Shown: piece by piece, positions 10,482 through 19,861 of the stretch
Numbering within the stretch: position 1 is the first letter of the stretch
Layout of the letters: every line of letters starts with the position of its first letter
NCBI GenBank assembly: GCA_963805995.1
Contig: CAWDWL010000007.1
Coordinates: 544,931 to 608,930 of the forward strand
Length of the DNA stretch: 64,000 bases
Origin: an uncultured Pseudomonadota bacterium
GTDB lineage: Bacteria; Desulfobacterota; Binatia; Binatales; Binataceae
Direction of reading: 5' to 3'
The notes under the pieces: generated by a model
The model's database searches: none
What the model saw: only the letters and a program-made list of their open reading frames with translations
Told to the model about the DNA's origin: nothing
Program-made: the position numbers and the translations under genes

Positions 10482-12576
10482 ATGGAAGCCACACCCACGC
10501 AAATTATTAACTATTTTAGCGGTTTCAAACAAAATTTAGTGCCGCTCTTTCAGCGTCCCTATACTTGGGCCGAACGTCAGTGGCGAACGTTGTGGGAGGA
10601 CATTTGTAGCTTTTACGGGCACGAGGAGAACGCCGGCAAAGCCACGCATTTCATGGGCGCTGTTGTTACCATGCCCGCCCGAAGCGTGCCAGTTGGTGTT
10701 TCAAAGTTCCTGGTCATAGATGGGCAGCAGCGGCTTACAACGATAGCGTTATTGCTGTGCGCCCTCCGCGATAACTTGTCCTCCACCGATGTCGTTCCGA
10801 AACGACGGATACAAGACTCATTACTTGACAAACGATGGATTCGAAGGATCTGATTTCTTTAAACTGTTGCCGACGCAAGGTGATCGGTTGGCCTATTCTC
10901 AATTGATTGAAAACTCGACCTCGACAATTCCGGATTCTCAATTCAAAAAGGCATACGATTTCTTTCGTCGTCGGCTCAGAAGCGAGGATGACGAAGGTAA
11001 TCCGCTTGATCCGAAGCGAATCCTAGAAATCATCGAGACTCGGTTGATGGTAGTAATGATCAACCTGAGCGACAATGACGATCCTTATCTGATTTTCGAA
11101 AGTCTCAACTTTAAAGGTTCACCTTTAGAACAGTCAGACCTCGTAAGGAATTATTTTCTAATGCGATTTCCCGTGACCGAGCAGCAGGGCGTTTATGACG
11201 ACCTATGGTTGCCGATGCAGAATCGACTCGGTCCGAGCTTGACGGAGTTTATGCGCCATTTTCTCGGTTCAGAAGGTGAGGAGGTTCGCAAAGGCGACGT
11301 ATACGCTGCTATAAAGCGCCTCACAGCAGATTCGGAACCGCCGTCGGTTCGCCTCCTCATGAGCCGAATGGAGCAATTGTCCACGTTCTACAGTCGAATT
11401 ACTACAACGGCGCCTGAACCTGACGAGAACATTAGCGAGTTTTTTGTCCGATTTCGTCGGCTTGACTTTGGAACCGCATACCCTCTTCTACTTTCGCTGT
11501 ACGAGGACTTCGTGGATGGTCAATTCGGAACGGAGGAATTCGTCGCTAGCCTAAGGATTCTCGATTCCTACATAATTAGGCGCATGGTGGTCGGAGTTCC
11601 ATCCAACTCCCTCGCCGGTATATTTATTTCATTATGCAAGAGTAAACCGATAACCGAGAGCCCGTCTGCCTGGCTCGCGACGGCTCTTAGCCAGGAGACA
11701 AAAAATCGTCGCTGGCCGATCGAAAAGGAGTTTTTTGACAACTGGGTGAATGGGCCGATATACGGTAGCCGAGCTTGTCAGGTAATTCTGGAATGTCTCG
11801 AGAAGCAGTGCGGACATCATGAGGCTGCCTCTCTCAGTGAGGCAAGTGTCGAGCACGTCCTTCCTCAGACTCTAACTCCCGAATGGGAGGAAGCACTTGG
11901 AGATAGGGCAGCCATTACCCATGACGAATGGCTTCACACCATAGGCAATCTTACACTAACCGGATACAACCCCGAACTCAGCAACAAGCCTTACTCAGAA
12001 AAAAGAAACATTCTTGCAATGAGCCATTTTGAGCTCAATAGGTTTTTCGGAAACTGTGAAGTTTGGGATGATTCAGAAATAAAAAAACGCGCAGAGTCCC
12101 TTTTCATAACGGCGCAACAGCTCTGGCAGCGTCCCTCCGAAGTGCTCGAGGAAGAGCCAACGGTACAGCGGTCCACAGCGGCGAATTTCCACGCCGATTG
12201 CATTCGATTAGCTCAGAAGCATCTGGGCGTCGTGTTATCAAAAGTTTCACAGACGCGCTATGAGGCAGGTGATAAAGAGACCCGACTCGTCTGCGCGGTC
12301 TCAGCAGAACATAACGAGAATGGAGGTATCCCCTACTTTTGGTTTGGCTTGCGTCGCAGTCAAGTGGAATTCTTGGAACAAGTGCCTTCCGCGTGGCTCT
12401 GCTTGGGTTGCGGATCGCCTGAACAGACCTTGCTAGTGCCTATTTTAGTCATAAGCCGCGCTCGTTTCCCAGATGAGTGTATCGATGGGAGAGAATCACC
12501 ATTATTGGCACGTTGTAGTCCAAAGAAGAAATGCGAAGTTCGTATTGCGTCTTCTGGGAGGCATGGATGGGCCTGA
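10482..12576 (+). CDS. GmrSD-family type IV (modification-dependent) restriction endonuclease, DUF262 (ParB-like NTPase) + DUF1524 (HNH-like) domains; the frame is interrupted near 10808-10825, so either a pseudogene or a sequencing indel
   Basis: ORF 10482..10853 carries the DUF262 motifs QRPYTW and DGQQRLTT. ORF 10789..12576, in the +1 frame, continues with the DUF262 YLxN...KLLPT region and later the DUF1524 EHVLPQ motif. The frames overlap, consistent with a single-base indel. Local GC is about 45% against about 65% in the flanks. Confidence 0.65.
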
Positions 12577-12870
12577 TTTGCAGGAGTTCCTAATTCCGGA
12601 AAGTGGCGCCTCTGCGACCGTTTCCCATTCCTAATCTGTTGACCTTGATAAGCGGATGTTTGGTCTCCAAAGTCTCTTCGGGGTGGGGCGCATGTAAGGC
12701 CCTGCCCTCAATAATTGAGCTGTATGTTGGGCTTTTAACTGTGGAAGAGTCGGCGGGGGACCGATGACGCCGCGCGGTTAGCAATCCGATTTCGAACTCC
12801 CGGATACATGCCGGGTATTTCGCGTTTATATTAAATTTGCGCGAGTTTTTTGAGCGTTCTCCACAGGGGA

Positions 12871-14097
12871 TTACTTCGGGAGTGGTCCCGCGATCAGCAC
12901 TCCCGACGCCGTCAATTCCGCGACCTTTTCCTTCGAGTAGCCCAGATAGCGGCTCAAAACCGCCTCGTTGTGCTCGCCCAGGAAGGCGGTGCGGGCGCGG
13001 ATTTTCACGCTCGCGTCGGAGACGCGAAAAGGCGCGCGGGGGAATTGAATCGGACCGATGCCCGGTTGATCGACCTCCTGCATCACGCCGCGGAACTTCA
13101 TCTGCGGATGGTTGACCGCCTGGCCGATGTCGAGCACCGGGGCGCTCAGGATGCGATGCTGCTCCAGGATCCGCAGCGGTTCGTCGCGGCTTTCGAAAGA
13201 TAGCAGCCAGTCTTCGATTATTCGCACCAGCTCGAAGCGGTTTTTGGCCCGCTCGGTAGGCGGATTAAACCGTGGATCGCTCAGCAATTCGGGTTTGCCG
13301 ATCGCCTGGGCAAAAGTTTCCCACTGATGGATCAGGGCGGTGATGATCATGTAGCCGTCGCGCGCTTTGAAGATTCCGCACGGCGCGATGCTGCTCAGAT
13401 GCGAGCCGTTACGCATCGGATTGTCCGCGCCATCGCTGATGACATAGCGGGCCAGCGCCAGGTCGTGAAGATTGAACAGGCTCTCCACCAAGGAAATATC
13501 GAGGTAGCGTCCGGCGCCGGTCTGCGCGCGATTGAAGAGCGCCGCGCATACCGCACTGAATGCATGGATGCCGGCGTTGGCATCCGCGATTGATGCACCG
13601 ATATAGGTCGGCACGCCGTCGGGGTCGCCGGTCAGATGTGTCAGCCCGCTCATCGCCACTGCCATCGTATCGTTGCCGTTGCGATGGCTGAACGGACCGT
13701 CCTGCCCGAAAGCGGAGATCGAACACATGATTAGCCGCGGGTTAAGCTTGCGCAGGTCTTCGTAACCCAGGCCGCGTCGTTTGAGCACGCCGGGGCTGTA
13801 GTTTTCGATCAACACGTCGGCCTGGGCGGCCAATTCCCGCGCGACGCGCTTGCCCGCGTCCTTTTCGATGTCGATGCAGACGCTCTCCTTGCCGCGGTTT
13901 TCGAGCATGAAGATGGCGCTCTGACCGGCTTTGAGCGGAGTATAGCCGCGCAAATGGTCGCCGTGCGGACCGAACTCGACTTTGACCACTTCCGCGCCCA
14001 TGTCGGTCATCATGCGCGAGGCCGTGGGGCCGGCGAAGAATTGGCCGAATTCAAGCACCTTCACGCCAGCTAGTAGTCCGTCATTGGATTGATCCAT
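12871..14097 (-). CDS. CoA-transferase, family III (CaiB/BaiF)
   Basis: A 408-aa protein with a CaiB/BaiF-type N-terminus (LAGVKVLEFGQFFAGPTASRMMTDMGAEVVKVE) and the conserved family III domain order. ATG at 14097 with GAGGTA 5 nt upstream. Confidence 0.9.
   Translation of the reverse strand: MDQSNDGLLAGVKVLEFGQFFAGPTASRMMTDMGAEVVKVEFGPHGDHLRGYTPLKAGQSAIFMLENRGKESVCIDIEKDAGKRVARELAAQADVLIENYSPGVLKRRGLGYEDLRKLNPRLIMCSISAFGQDGPFSHRNGNDTMAVAMSGLTHLTGDPDGVPTYIGASIADANAGIHAFSAVCAALFNRAQTGAGRYLDISLVESLFNLHDLALARYVISDGADNPMRNGSHLSSIAPCGIFKARDGYMIITALIHQWETFAQAIGKPELLSDPRFNPPTERAKNRFELVRIIEDWLLSFESRDEPLRILEQHRILSAPVLDIGQAVNHPQMKFRGVMQEVDQPGIGPIQFPRAPFRVSDASVKIRARTAFLGEHNEAVLSRYLGYSKEKVAELTASGVLIAGPLPK
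12888..13082. repeat. Direct repeat (right copy, 195 bp) forming the 3' part of the intact CoA-transferase gene
   Basis: Identical to 9954..10148. Confidence 0.85.
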
Positions 14098-14300
14098 TGA
14101 ATACCTCGCCCGACCACTTGCGCAGCCTTATGCGGATTTGGCAGCGGCATGTTAGCGCCGCTCCGTGCGATTCGCCAAATGCCTTCACTTTTTGGACAAA
14201 TCAGGCGGCGAACCCCTTTGGCCGGAATTGTGAAAACATGCTAGTGATTCCAAACGGAGACACGCATCACGCGGTCTCACCTAAGGAGGAAACCGCCGCC

Positions 14301-15437
14301 ATGAAATTTGGGATTTTCTTTGAATTGTCGGTGCCGCGGCCGTGGACCCATGATTCCGAACGAATCGTTTACGAAAACGCGCTGGAGCAGGCCGCAGTCG
14401 CTGACGAAGTGGGCTTCGACTATGCCTGGGCGGTGGAGCATCACTTCCTCGAGGAATATTCGCATTGTTCCGCACCCGAGTTGTTCTTGACCGCGATCGC
14501 GATGCGGACCAAGCGAATCCGCGTAGGCCATGGGATCATCGTCTGCGTCCCCCAATACACCCATCCGATCAAGGTCGCCGAGCGCACCGCGGTGTTGGAT
14601 ATCCTGTCGGGTGGACGGCTTGAAGTCGGCACCGGCCGATCCGCCACCTGGTGCGAGTTGGGCGGCTTTCGCGCCAATCCGGATGAAACCAAAAAGACCT
14701 GGGATGAATATGTTCACTGCCTGCCCAACATGTGGACCCAGGAGCGCTACTCCTACGAGGGTCGTTCGTGGTCGATGCCGGAGCGCGCGATTCTGCCCAA
14801 GCCCTATCAAAAGCCGCATCCGCCGATGTGGGTCGCGGTTACCAGTCCGGGCACCGAAATCGATGCCGCCCAGCGCGGCATGGGCGCGCTGGGGATCAGC
14901 TACGATCCGCTGCCGGTGCAGGAAAAGAAGCTGCTCGAATACCGGCGCCATATCAAAAATTGCGAGCCGGTTGGCAAAATCATCAACAATCACTGCGCTG
15001 CCTTGACCTTCCTGTACTGCAACGAAGACGACAAGATCGGGATCAAAAAAGGCACCGATATGTTCATGCATTTCGGTTTGCTGGCCAATCAGATCGTGAT
15101 GTGCCGCGAAGCCTACCCGACCAAATCCTACCCTTCGGCCGGCCTGCTGCCGGCGGTGCGCAGCCAGGCCCAGGGTCCAAGCGACACCGGCGGAGTCCCG
15201 CAAGGCGTCGCGATCGGCGATCCCGAGCGCATTTTAAAGACGCTCAAGACCTGGGAGTCGGCCGGCTTTGATTCGATCAACTTCCTGACCAACGCGGTGG
15301 AAATGCTGCCGCAGCAGGAAGTGCTCAACTCGCTGCGGATGTTCGGGAAACATATAATCCCGCATTTCAAAAACCATCGGCCCACGATTCATCCGGTTTC
15401 GGGCAATGGGCTTGCAGCCGCCGCGGGGGGACGCTGA
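14301..15437 (+). CDS. LLM-class flavin-dependent oxidoreductase
   Basis: I chose the internal ATG at 14301, which has AAGGAGG 7 nt upstream (MKFGIFFELSVPRPW...AWAVEHHF). The 68-codon N-extension in the ORF track lacks an RBS and runs through the divergent promoter region. Confidence 0.85.
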   Translation: MKFGIFFELSVPRPWTHDSERIVYENALEQAAVADEVGFDYAWAVEHHFLEEYSHCSAPELFLTAIAMRTKRIRVGHGIIVCVPQYTHPIKVAERTAVLDILSGGRLEVGTGRSATWCELGGFRANPDETKKTWDEYVHCLPNMWTQERYSYEGRSWSMPERAILPKPYQKPHPPMWVAVTSPGTEIDAAQRGMGALGISYDPLPVQEKKLLEYRRHIKNCEPVGKIINNHCAALTFLYCNEDDKIGIKKGTDMFMHFGLLANQIVMCREAYPTKSYPSAGLLPAVRSQAQGPSDTGGVPQGVAIGDPERILKTLKTWESAGFDSINFLTNAVEMLPQQEVLNSLRMFGKHIIPHFKNHRPTIHPVSGNGLAAAAGGR

Positions 15438-16192
15438 TGCCGAGGTTTGGAACGCTTGATGTTAACGAACTGGCTTCCAGCGTGCCGGAGATCGACGGCT
15501 TCGGCACGCAGCGCGAGAGCCTTAAGAATGCGCAACTGCTGAACGTCTCTTACGAGATCTCCGCCAACGGTTCCGACGCGCTGCTGCCGCCGGCGATGAA
15601 TCCGAGCATCCCGCCGTACCTTCAGTGCACGGTGATGGTCTGTCCGGAAAGTCCGTGGGGTCCGTTCACGACCGGCGAGTTACGCCTGGTCGGACGCGCC
15701 GGTTTTCGCCCCCGCGCCTTCACGTTCAAGACCTTCGTGGACAATCCGAAAGCCGCCAGCGAACTGGCGCGGCGTTGGGGATTTCCGGTAGCGCCGGGAA
15801 AAACGCAGATCCATCCGCGCCACGAGCGGATCGTGGTGGAGATCCACGACGACAAGGGCCGGCGCATGCTGGAAGCGGAGATGATCGATCGCGAAGGCAT
15901 TGGCGGCAGCGATATCCAGTACGTCGCCAGCATGCACCTGGCTCATAGCCGCGGTGATGGCAAGCTGGTGATGGTGCAGGTCGACCCCGACTACGTGTTC
16001 ACCAAGGCCGAGCGCGGCTTGTCGCACTTCATCTACCTCGATCAGGAGGCTTGGGGAGCCAAAGGACTGATCACGCCCACCAACCCGATAATTTCAACTT
16101 ATGCGCAGTGCGAAGTGATACTGCCGCAGATTCGCTTCATTTGCGATCCGAACCGCAACGCGCTGGAAAGCACGGTTCGCGTTAACGCGTAA
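15437..16192 (+). CDS. Acetoacetate decarboxylase (ADC)-like family protein (tentative)
   Basis: About 250 aa. Its start codon overlaps the LLM stop (TGATG), indicating translational coupling. The size and secondary-structure-like pattern are compatible with the ADC-like fold. Assigned by recollection of family features only. Confidence 0.5.
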   Translation: MPRFGTLDVNELASSVPEIDGFGTQRESLKNAQLLNVSYEISANGSDALLPPAMNPSIPPYLQCTVMVCPESPWGPFTTGELRLVGRAGFRPRAFTFKTFVDNPKAASELARRWGFPVAPGKTQIHPRHERIVVEIHDDKGRRMLEAEMIDREGIGGSDIQYVASMHLAHSRGDGKLVMVQVDPDYVFTKAERGLSHFIYLDQEAWGAKGLITPTNPIISTYAQCEVILPQIRFICDPNRNALESTVRVNA

Positions 16193-16195
16193 CGG

Positions 16196-16710
16196 TTTCT
16201 ACGCTGTCCCCTCTCCCACATTTAATTGCGGGAGAGGGGACAGTTCTCCCAAAGCGAAAATAGAATATGTCCAGAGCACAAACGCATTGGTGCGGAGGCA
16301 ATTTCTATTTCCCCTCCTTATCCTGAGACTGTCGACAAACTCCTAAAACCTACCTCGGCGTGCGATTTGCGCCAGCAAGTCGCGTGACGGGCGAGGGTGC
16401 AGGCCCTGCCAGGAGGTGTCACGCAGGCAGAATCTCGCAGTGCGCCAATGCGTTTAGCCTACTTGAGGTGTATCAGAACCTTCACCCTCGCCCTCTCCCA
16501 CAACTGAATGTGGGCGAGGGAACAGAACCAAGCCGCCATTGCGCGACCGCGCTATCAAGCATCGTGGCTTTGCCCCTTAGTCGTTTATCGACAGTCTCTG
16601 TCCTCGCCCTAAAGCGAAAATAGTTTTGCGCCTTGAGTGCACGAACACATTGGCGCAGAGGCCATTTCTGTTCCCTCTCCTTATCCTAGGAGAGGGCGAG
16701 GGAGAGGTTA
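16196..16710. repeat. Repeat-rich intergenic block containing MITE-like element A plus nested short palindromes (CCCCTCTCCC / GGGAGAGGGG hairpins, duplicated AAAGCGAAAATAG...CGCATTGG...TTCCCYTCCTTATCCT subunits)
   Basis: Several inverted and tandem sub-repeats read directly. ORF 16360..16623 inside it is repeat-derived and not considered coding. Confidence 0.6.
16325..16600. mobile_element. MITE-like element, family A, copy 1 (about 275 bp) with 16-bp terminal inverted repeats GAGACTGTCGACAAAC ... GTTTATCGACAGTCTC
   Basis: Terminal inverted repeats read directly. About 93% identical, in inverted orientation, to 23357..23690. No transposase is encoded. Confidence 0.55.
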
Positions 16711-17170
16711 CACGCTCCGACCTTGATCCATGTTTCGCCCTCAGCCGAGGCATTTCGCCCCAGATTTTTTTCGCGCTTCAGGACGAAGTGCTTTGATCGG
16801 AAAATTTCAATATTTTGGTTAGGGTTGGAAGAGGGCGAGGAAGAGTTCGCACGCCCCGATATTCGCAACCGCCACGCGCGGTGAATTTCAAGGCCTCGAC
16901 CAGTGAGCTTTTCGATCCCAGCAAGGACAACAAAGGAAATAAGCGCAACTCCCATACGCGAGAAAAGTCTATTTCTCGTGGGCGGTGTCCCGCTGAAAGG
17001 ATCGGGATAGCGTCGCCGGTGCAGTGGACGTGGCCGGAATGGCAGGCGATGAGGTGGCACCGCAAGGCGCCCAGGTCTTCAACGAATTGCTCAAAAAGTA
17101 GGGTCCGCCCAGGAGAGTCCGGCCCGATCGTGTGGTGCTACATAAAGGCAAGGTCTAATTGTCTAATTCT

Positions 17171-18157
17171 ATGAACGACACAACGCCACCGCCCCCATCG
17201 CCTCAATACGAAACCTTGCGGCCGGCGACGGCCATCGCATCGCATCGAGTACTCACCGATAAGGTTGCCGAATACTGCAAGGCGCAGGCGGCCATTACGG
17301 ACACCGCGCGGAAATTCCCGGGATTCGTCGGCACCGAAGTCTTAAGCCCGATTCCCGGTCTTCAAGATGAGTGGGTCGCCATTTTCCGCCTCGAATCCAA
17401 TGAGGCGATGAAACGCTGGCTCGCGGCGCCCGAACGCACCAGGCTGGCCGAACGAATCGAGCAGTACCTCACCGAACCGTCGCACCTGTTGATCCTCGCC
17501 AGTGACGAGCGCACCGAAGCGCCAGTCGCGATGGTCTTCACCCATCGTGTCCCCGAGGGCAGGGTGCCGGATTACCTCGCCTGGAGGCGCAAGGCGATTG
17601 CCGCTCAAGCACACGTTCCCGGCTATCTGGCGACTGAATTTTTCGAACCTCGGGCCAAGGGTCAGGAGGAGTGGGTCGACATCGTACGCTACGATTCCGT
17701 GGAGCATCTGGACGCCTGGATGGAGTCGCAAGAACGGGCCGGTCTCCTGGAGGAACTCAAGCAGATAGTCGAGAGTATGCACTCACATCGAGTAACCGGA
17801 CTGGAAGGATGGTTCGCCGTCAATCGCGGACCCGGCGCGCCGGCCGTTGCGCCGCCGCCGTGGAAACAAGCATTCTCGGTGCTGCTCGCGCTGTATCCCA
17901 CGGTGATGCTGCTTGGCGTGGCCACCAATCCCCTGATGAACGGACTGAGTCTTTCGCTCCAAATGCTGATCGGGAATACACTCTCAGTCGCCCTGTTGAC
18001 CTGGCTAATCATGCCCCGCGTTTCCCGATGGTTGAGTTTCTGGCTCGACCTCCCGGCCGGTGTTCCGTCTTCCGATAAATGGAGGCGGGAAGCGCTCGGC
18101 GTCGGCACCGTCCTGGCACTACTTGCAGCGTTCGTGGGGGTATTTGGGCTGCTATGA
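17171..18157 (+). CDS. Membrane protein with two tandem ABM (antibiotic-biosynthesis-monooxygenase / Dabb-like) domains and C-terminal transmembrane helices
   Basis: Two repeated segments of about 100 aa (..FVGTEVLSP...EWVAIFRLESNEAMKRWL.. and ..GYLATEFFEP...EWVDIVRYDSVEHLDAWM..) followed by 3 predicted TM helices. The ATG at 17171 is preferred over the track's TTG at 17159. Confidence 0.65.
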   Translation: MNDTTPPPPSPQYETLRPATAIASHRVLTDKVAEYCKAQAAITDTARKFPGFVGTEVLSPIPGLQDEWVAIFRLESNEAMKRWLAAPERTRLAERIEQYLTEPSHLLILASDERTEAPVAMVFTHRVPEGRVPDYLAWRRKAIAAQAHVPGYLATEFFEPRAKGQEEWVDIVRYDSVEHLDAWMESQERAGLLEELKQIVESMHSHRVTGLEGWFAVNRGPGAPAVAPPPWKQAFSVLLALYPTVMLLGVATNPLMNGLSLSLQMLIGNTLSVALLTWLIMPRVSRWLSFWLDLPAGVPSSDKWRREALGVGTVLALLAAFVGVFGLL

Positions 18158-18198
18158 TTCTTGCTGTTTGTGGCCTTGGCGGGTGATACGGTTTTCCT

Positions 18199-19518
18199 TC
18201 AGGGCTGGTTTCCGGCCAGACGCGGTCCGATAAACGGTATCTTGCCGATTGCCGCCCGGATTGCGGACTTGATTGCGTGTCCGATTCGATGCAGCAGGAG
18301 TTCGAGTTTGCCCCACGCGATCCGGAACAGGCCGCCGCGATCAATCCCTCTTTGCGTCTCAATCGGCACGCTCAGCAGGGTGCGATCGTCCTCATGGACG
18401 GTGAGACTTCCGACTTTGGTGCCCATCGGGACCGGGGCGACCAGGTAGTTGACGTCCAGGCCTCCGGTGAGTTTGATCTTCTTTTCATCGCCCTTGGGCA
18501 AAGTGATCGTGACCGGTCCGGGCGGAGCCAGCGCGACGATGGAATCCACTCCTTCGTAAACCGGCAGCGAGGCCGGAACCAGCGGGCGCCAATCCGGCGT
18601 AACGTTGACGAAGGAGCGGAACGCCCATGCCAACAGCTTTTCGGTTTCCGTCCGGCGCTTCTCGGCATTGGGCGCGCCCATCAATGCGGAAACCAGACGC
18701 ATATTGTCGGCGTGAGCGGTTGCGACCAGATGAAACCCGGCTTCATCGACGTGGCCGGTCTTCATTCCGTCAACCCGCGCATCGTAAAGCAGCAGGGTGT
18801 TCCAGTTGCGCTGGGTGATCTGATGGAAGGTAAATTCCTTCGCTGAGGTGTACTCCAGGGAATTGGGAAACTGTTTCATCACCAGGGTTGCCAACTTTAC
18901 CATGTCGGACGCCGTGGTGTATTGGTCCGGTTCGGGCAGGCCGTCGGGACTGGCAAAACGGGTCTCGTTCAGGCCCAGGCGATGACAGTAGTCGTTCATC
19001 ATCACCACGAAGCCTTCTTCGCTGCCACCCAAATATTCGGCCAGGGCCATCGCCGCGTCATTGCCCGATGACACCATCAAACCGTAGAGCAGCTGTTTGA
19101 CCGGGACCTGCTGGCCGACCTCTAGAAACATCTTCGACACCGTCTGGTCCACGGACAGCCGCCACGCTTTCTCGCTGATGTTCACCGACGTATCGAGCGT
19201 CAGCTTGCTGTTCTTGAGCGCTTCCAAGGTAATGTAGAAGGTCATTATCTTGGCCAGGCTCGCGGGCTGGATGCGCAGGTGCTCGTTGTACGCATAGAGC
19301 ACCTCGCCGGAGTGGAACTCGGTCAGCATCGCCGCCCGCGCGTCGAGCGCAAACGGCGCCGGATTATTGCCGAGAACTCGAATCTGGTTAAGTGGCTCGA
19401 TTGGAGGCGGCGCCGACGCCATGGCGTGGTGCCTGGCGGCACTCGCGACCGAAAAGGTCCCGAGTAAAATCGCCCCCATAACCCAAATCAACTTCCACCG
19501 CTTGCATGCCCAAGGCAT
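18199..19518 (-). CDS. D-alanyl-D-alanine carboxypeptidase (serine-type, peptidase S11, PBP5/6-like)
   Basis: A signal peptide, then SLAKIMT (the S11 SxxK active-site motif) and the SGN and KTG motifs. GAGGGG RBS upstream of the ATG at 19518. Confidence 0.85.
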   Translation of the reverse strand: MPWACKRWKLIWVMGAILLGTFSVASAARHHAMASAPPPIEPLNQIRVLGNNPAPFALDARAAMLTEFHSGEVLYAYNEHLRIQPASLAKIMTFYITLEALKNSKLTLDTSVNISEKAWRLSVDQTVSKMFLEVGQQVPVKQLLYGLMVSSGNDAAMALAEYLGGSEEGFVVMMNDYCHRLGLNETRFASPDGLPEPDQYTTASDMVKLATLVMKQFPNSLEYTSAKEFTFHQITQRNWNTLLLYDARVDGMKTGHVDEAGFHLVATAHADNMRLVSALMGAPNAEKRRTETEKLLAWAFRSFVNVTPDWRPLVPASLPVYEGVDSIVALAPPGPVTITLPKGDEKKIKLTGGLDVNYLVAPVPMGTKVGSLTVHEDDRTLLSVPIETQRGIDRGGLFRIAWGKLELLLHRIGHAIKSAIRAAIGKIPFIGPRLAGNQP

Positions 19519-19726
19519 AGAGCACCGCCCCTCACGTCCCGCTTAACTAGACATTAGAACCCCGATGACGCGGCGGCAAGCGGCGTGGCAAACACTTGGT
19601 AACAAGCCGGGAATTCCACTGCGTCCACCGGTGCGCCAGTCGCCAAATCGGGTCCACTAGGGATGGTTCGAACTCAACCGAGTCCGACCCCGTAACCCTG
19701 CGGGATCAGCTAAGCACATTGGGACC

Positions 19727-19745
19727 GCTGGCACGAAGGATGCTT
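19727..19745 (+). promoter_or_regulatory. Putative sigma-54 (RpoN) promoter: TGGCACG-aagg-ATGCT (consensus TGGCACG-N4-TTGCW)
   Basis: The GG-N10-GC spacing is exact, with a single mismatch in the -12 element. It lies about 115 nt upstream of ORF 19862. A sigma-54 activator gene is 1.6 kb downstream on the same strand. Confidence 0.45.
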
Positions 19746-19861
19746 CTCAGAAGCCATGGAAATTGGAATGAAGCAAAAGGGCCCCATAGGGCGCAGAAAT
19801 ATGACGCGACTGTGGCCGATTAGGGAGCAATTCCCCGTTTCAATGCCACAAAGGGGATGAA

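Noticed and set aside
12760-12830. tRNA-like T-arm motif (GATTTCGAACTCCCGG) near the island boundary, and a similar GGTTCGAACTCAACC at about 19670
   Set aside because: No 5-bp T-stem or 7-nt loop geometry, and no acceptor, D or anticodon arms can be drawn. These are probably chance matches and not tRNA fragments.
14097-14300. N-terminal 68-codon extension of the LLM gene (TTG at 14097)
   Set aside because: The conserved LLM N-terminus starts at MKFGIFFEL, which has a strong AAGGAGG RBS. The extension overlaps the divergent CoA-transferase start and promoter region.
16360-16623. ORFs inside the family A repeat copies (16360..16623 +, 23290..23616 -, 23328..23567 -)
   Set aside because: The same repeat-derived peptide is encoded in both copies, with no RBS and no family. 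The sequence is a non-coding MITE with terminal inverted repeats.
19596-19823. 75-aa ORF in the dacA-upstream region
   Set aside because: No RBS. It overlaps the putative sigma-54 promoter and has no detectable family.
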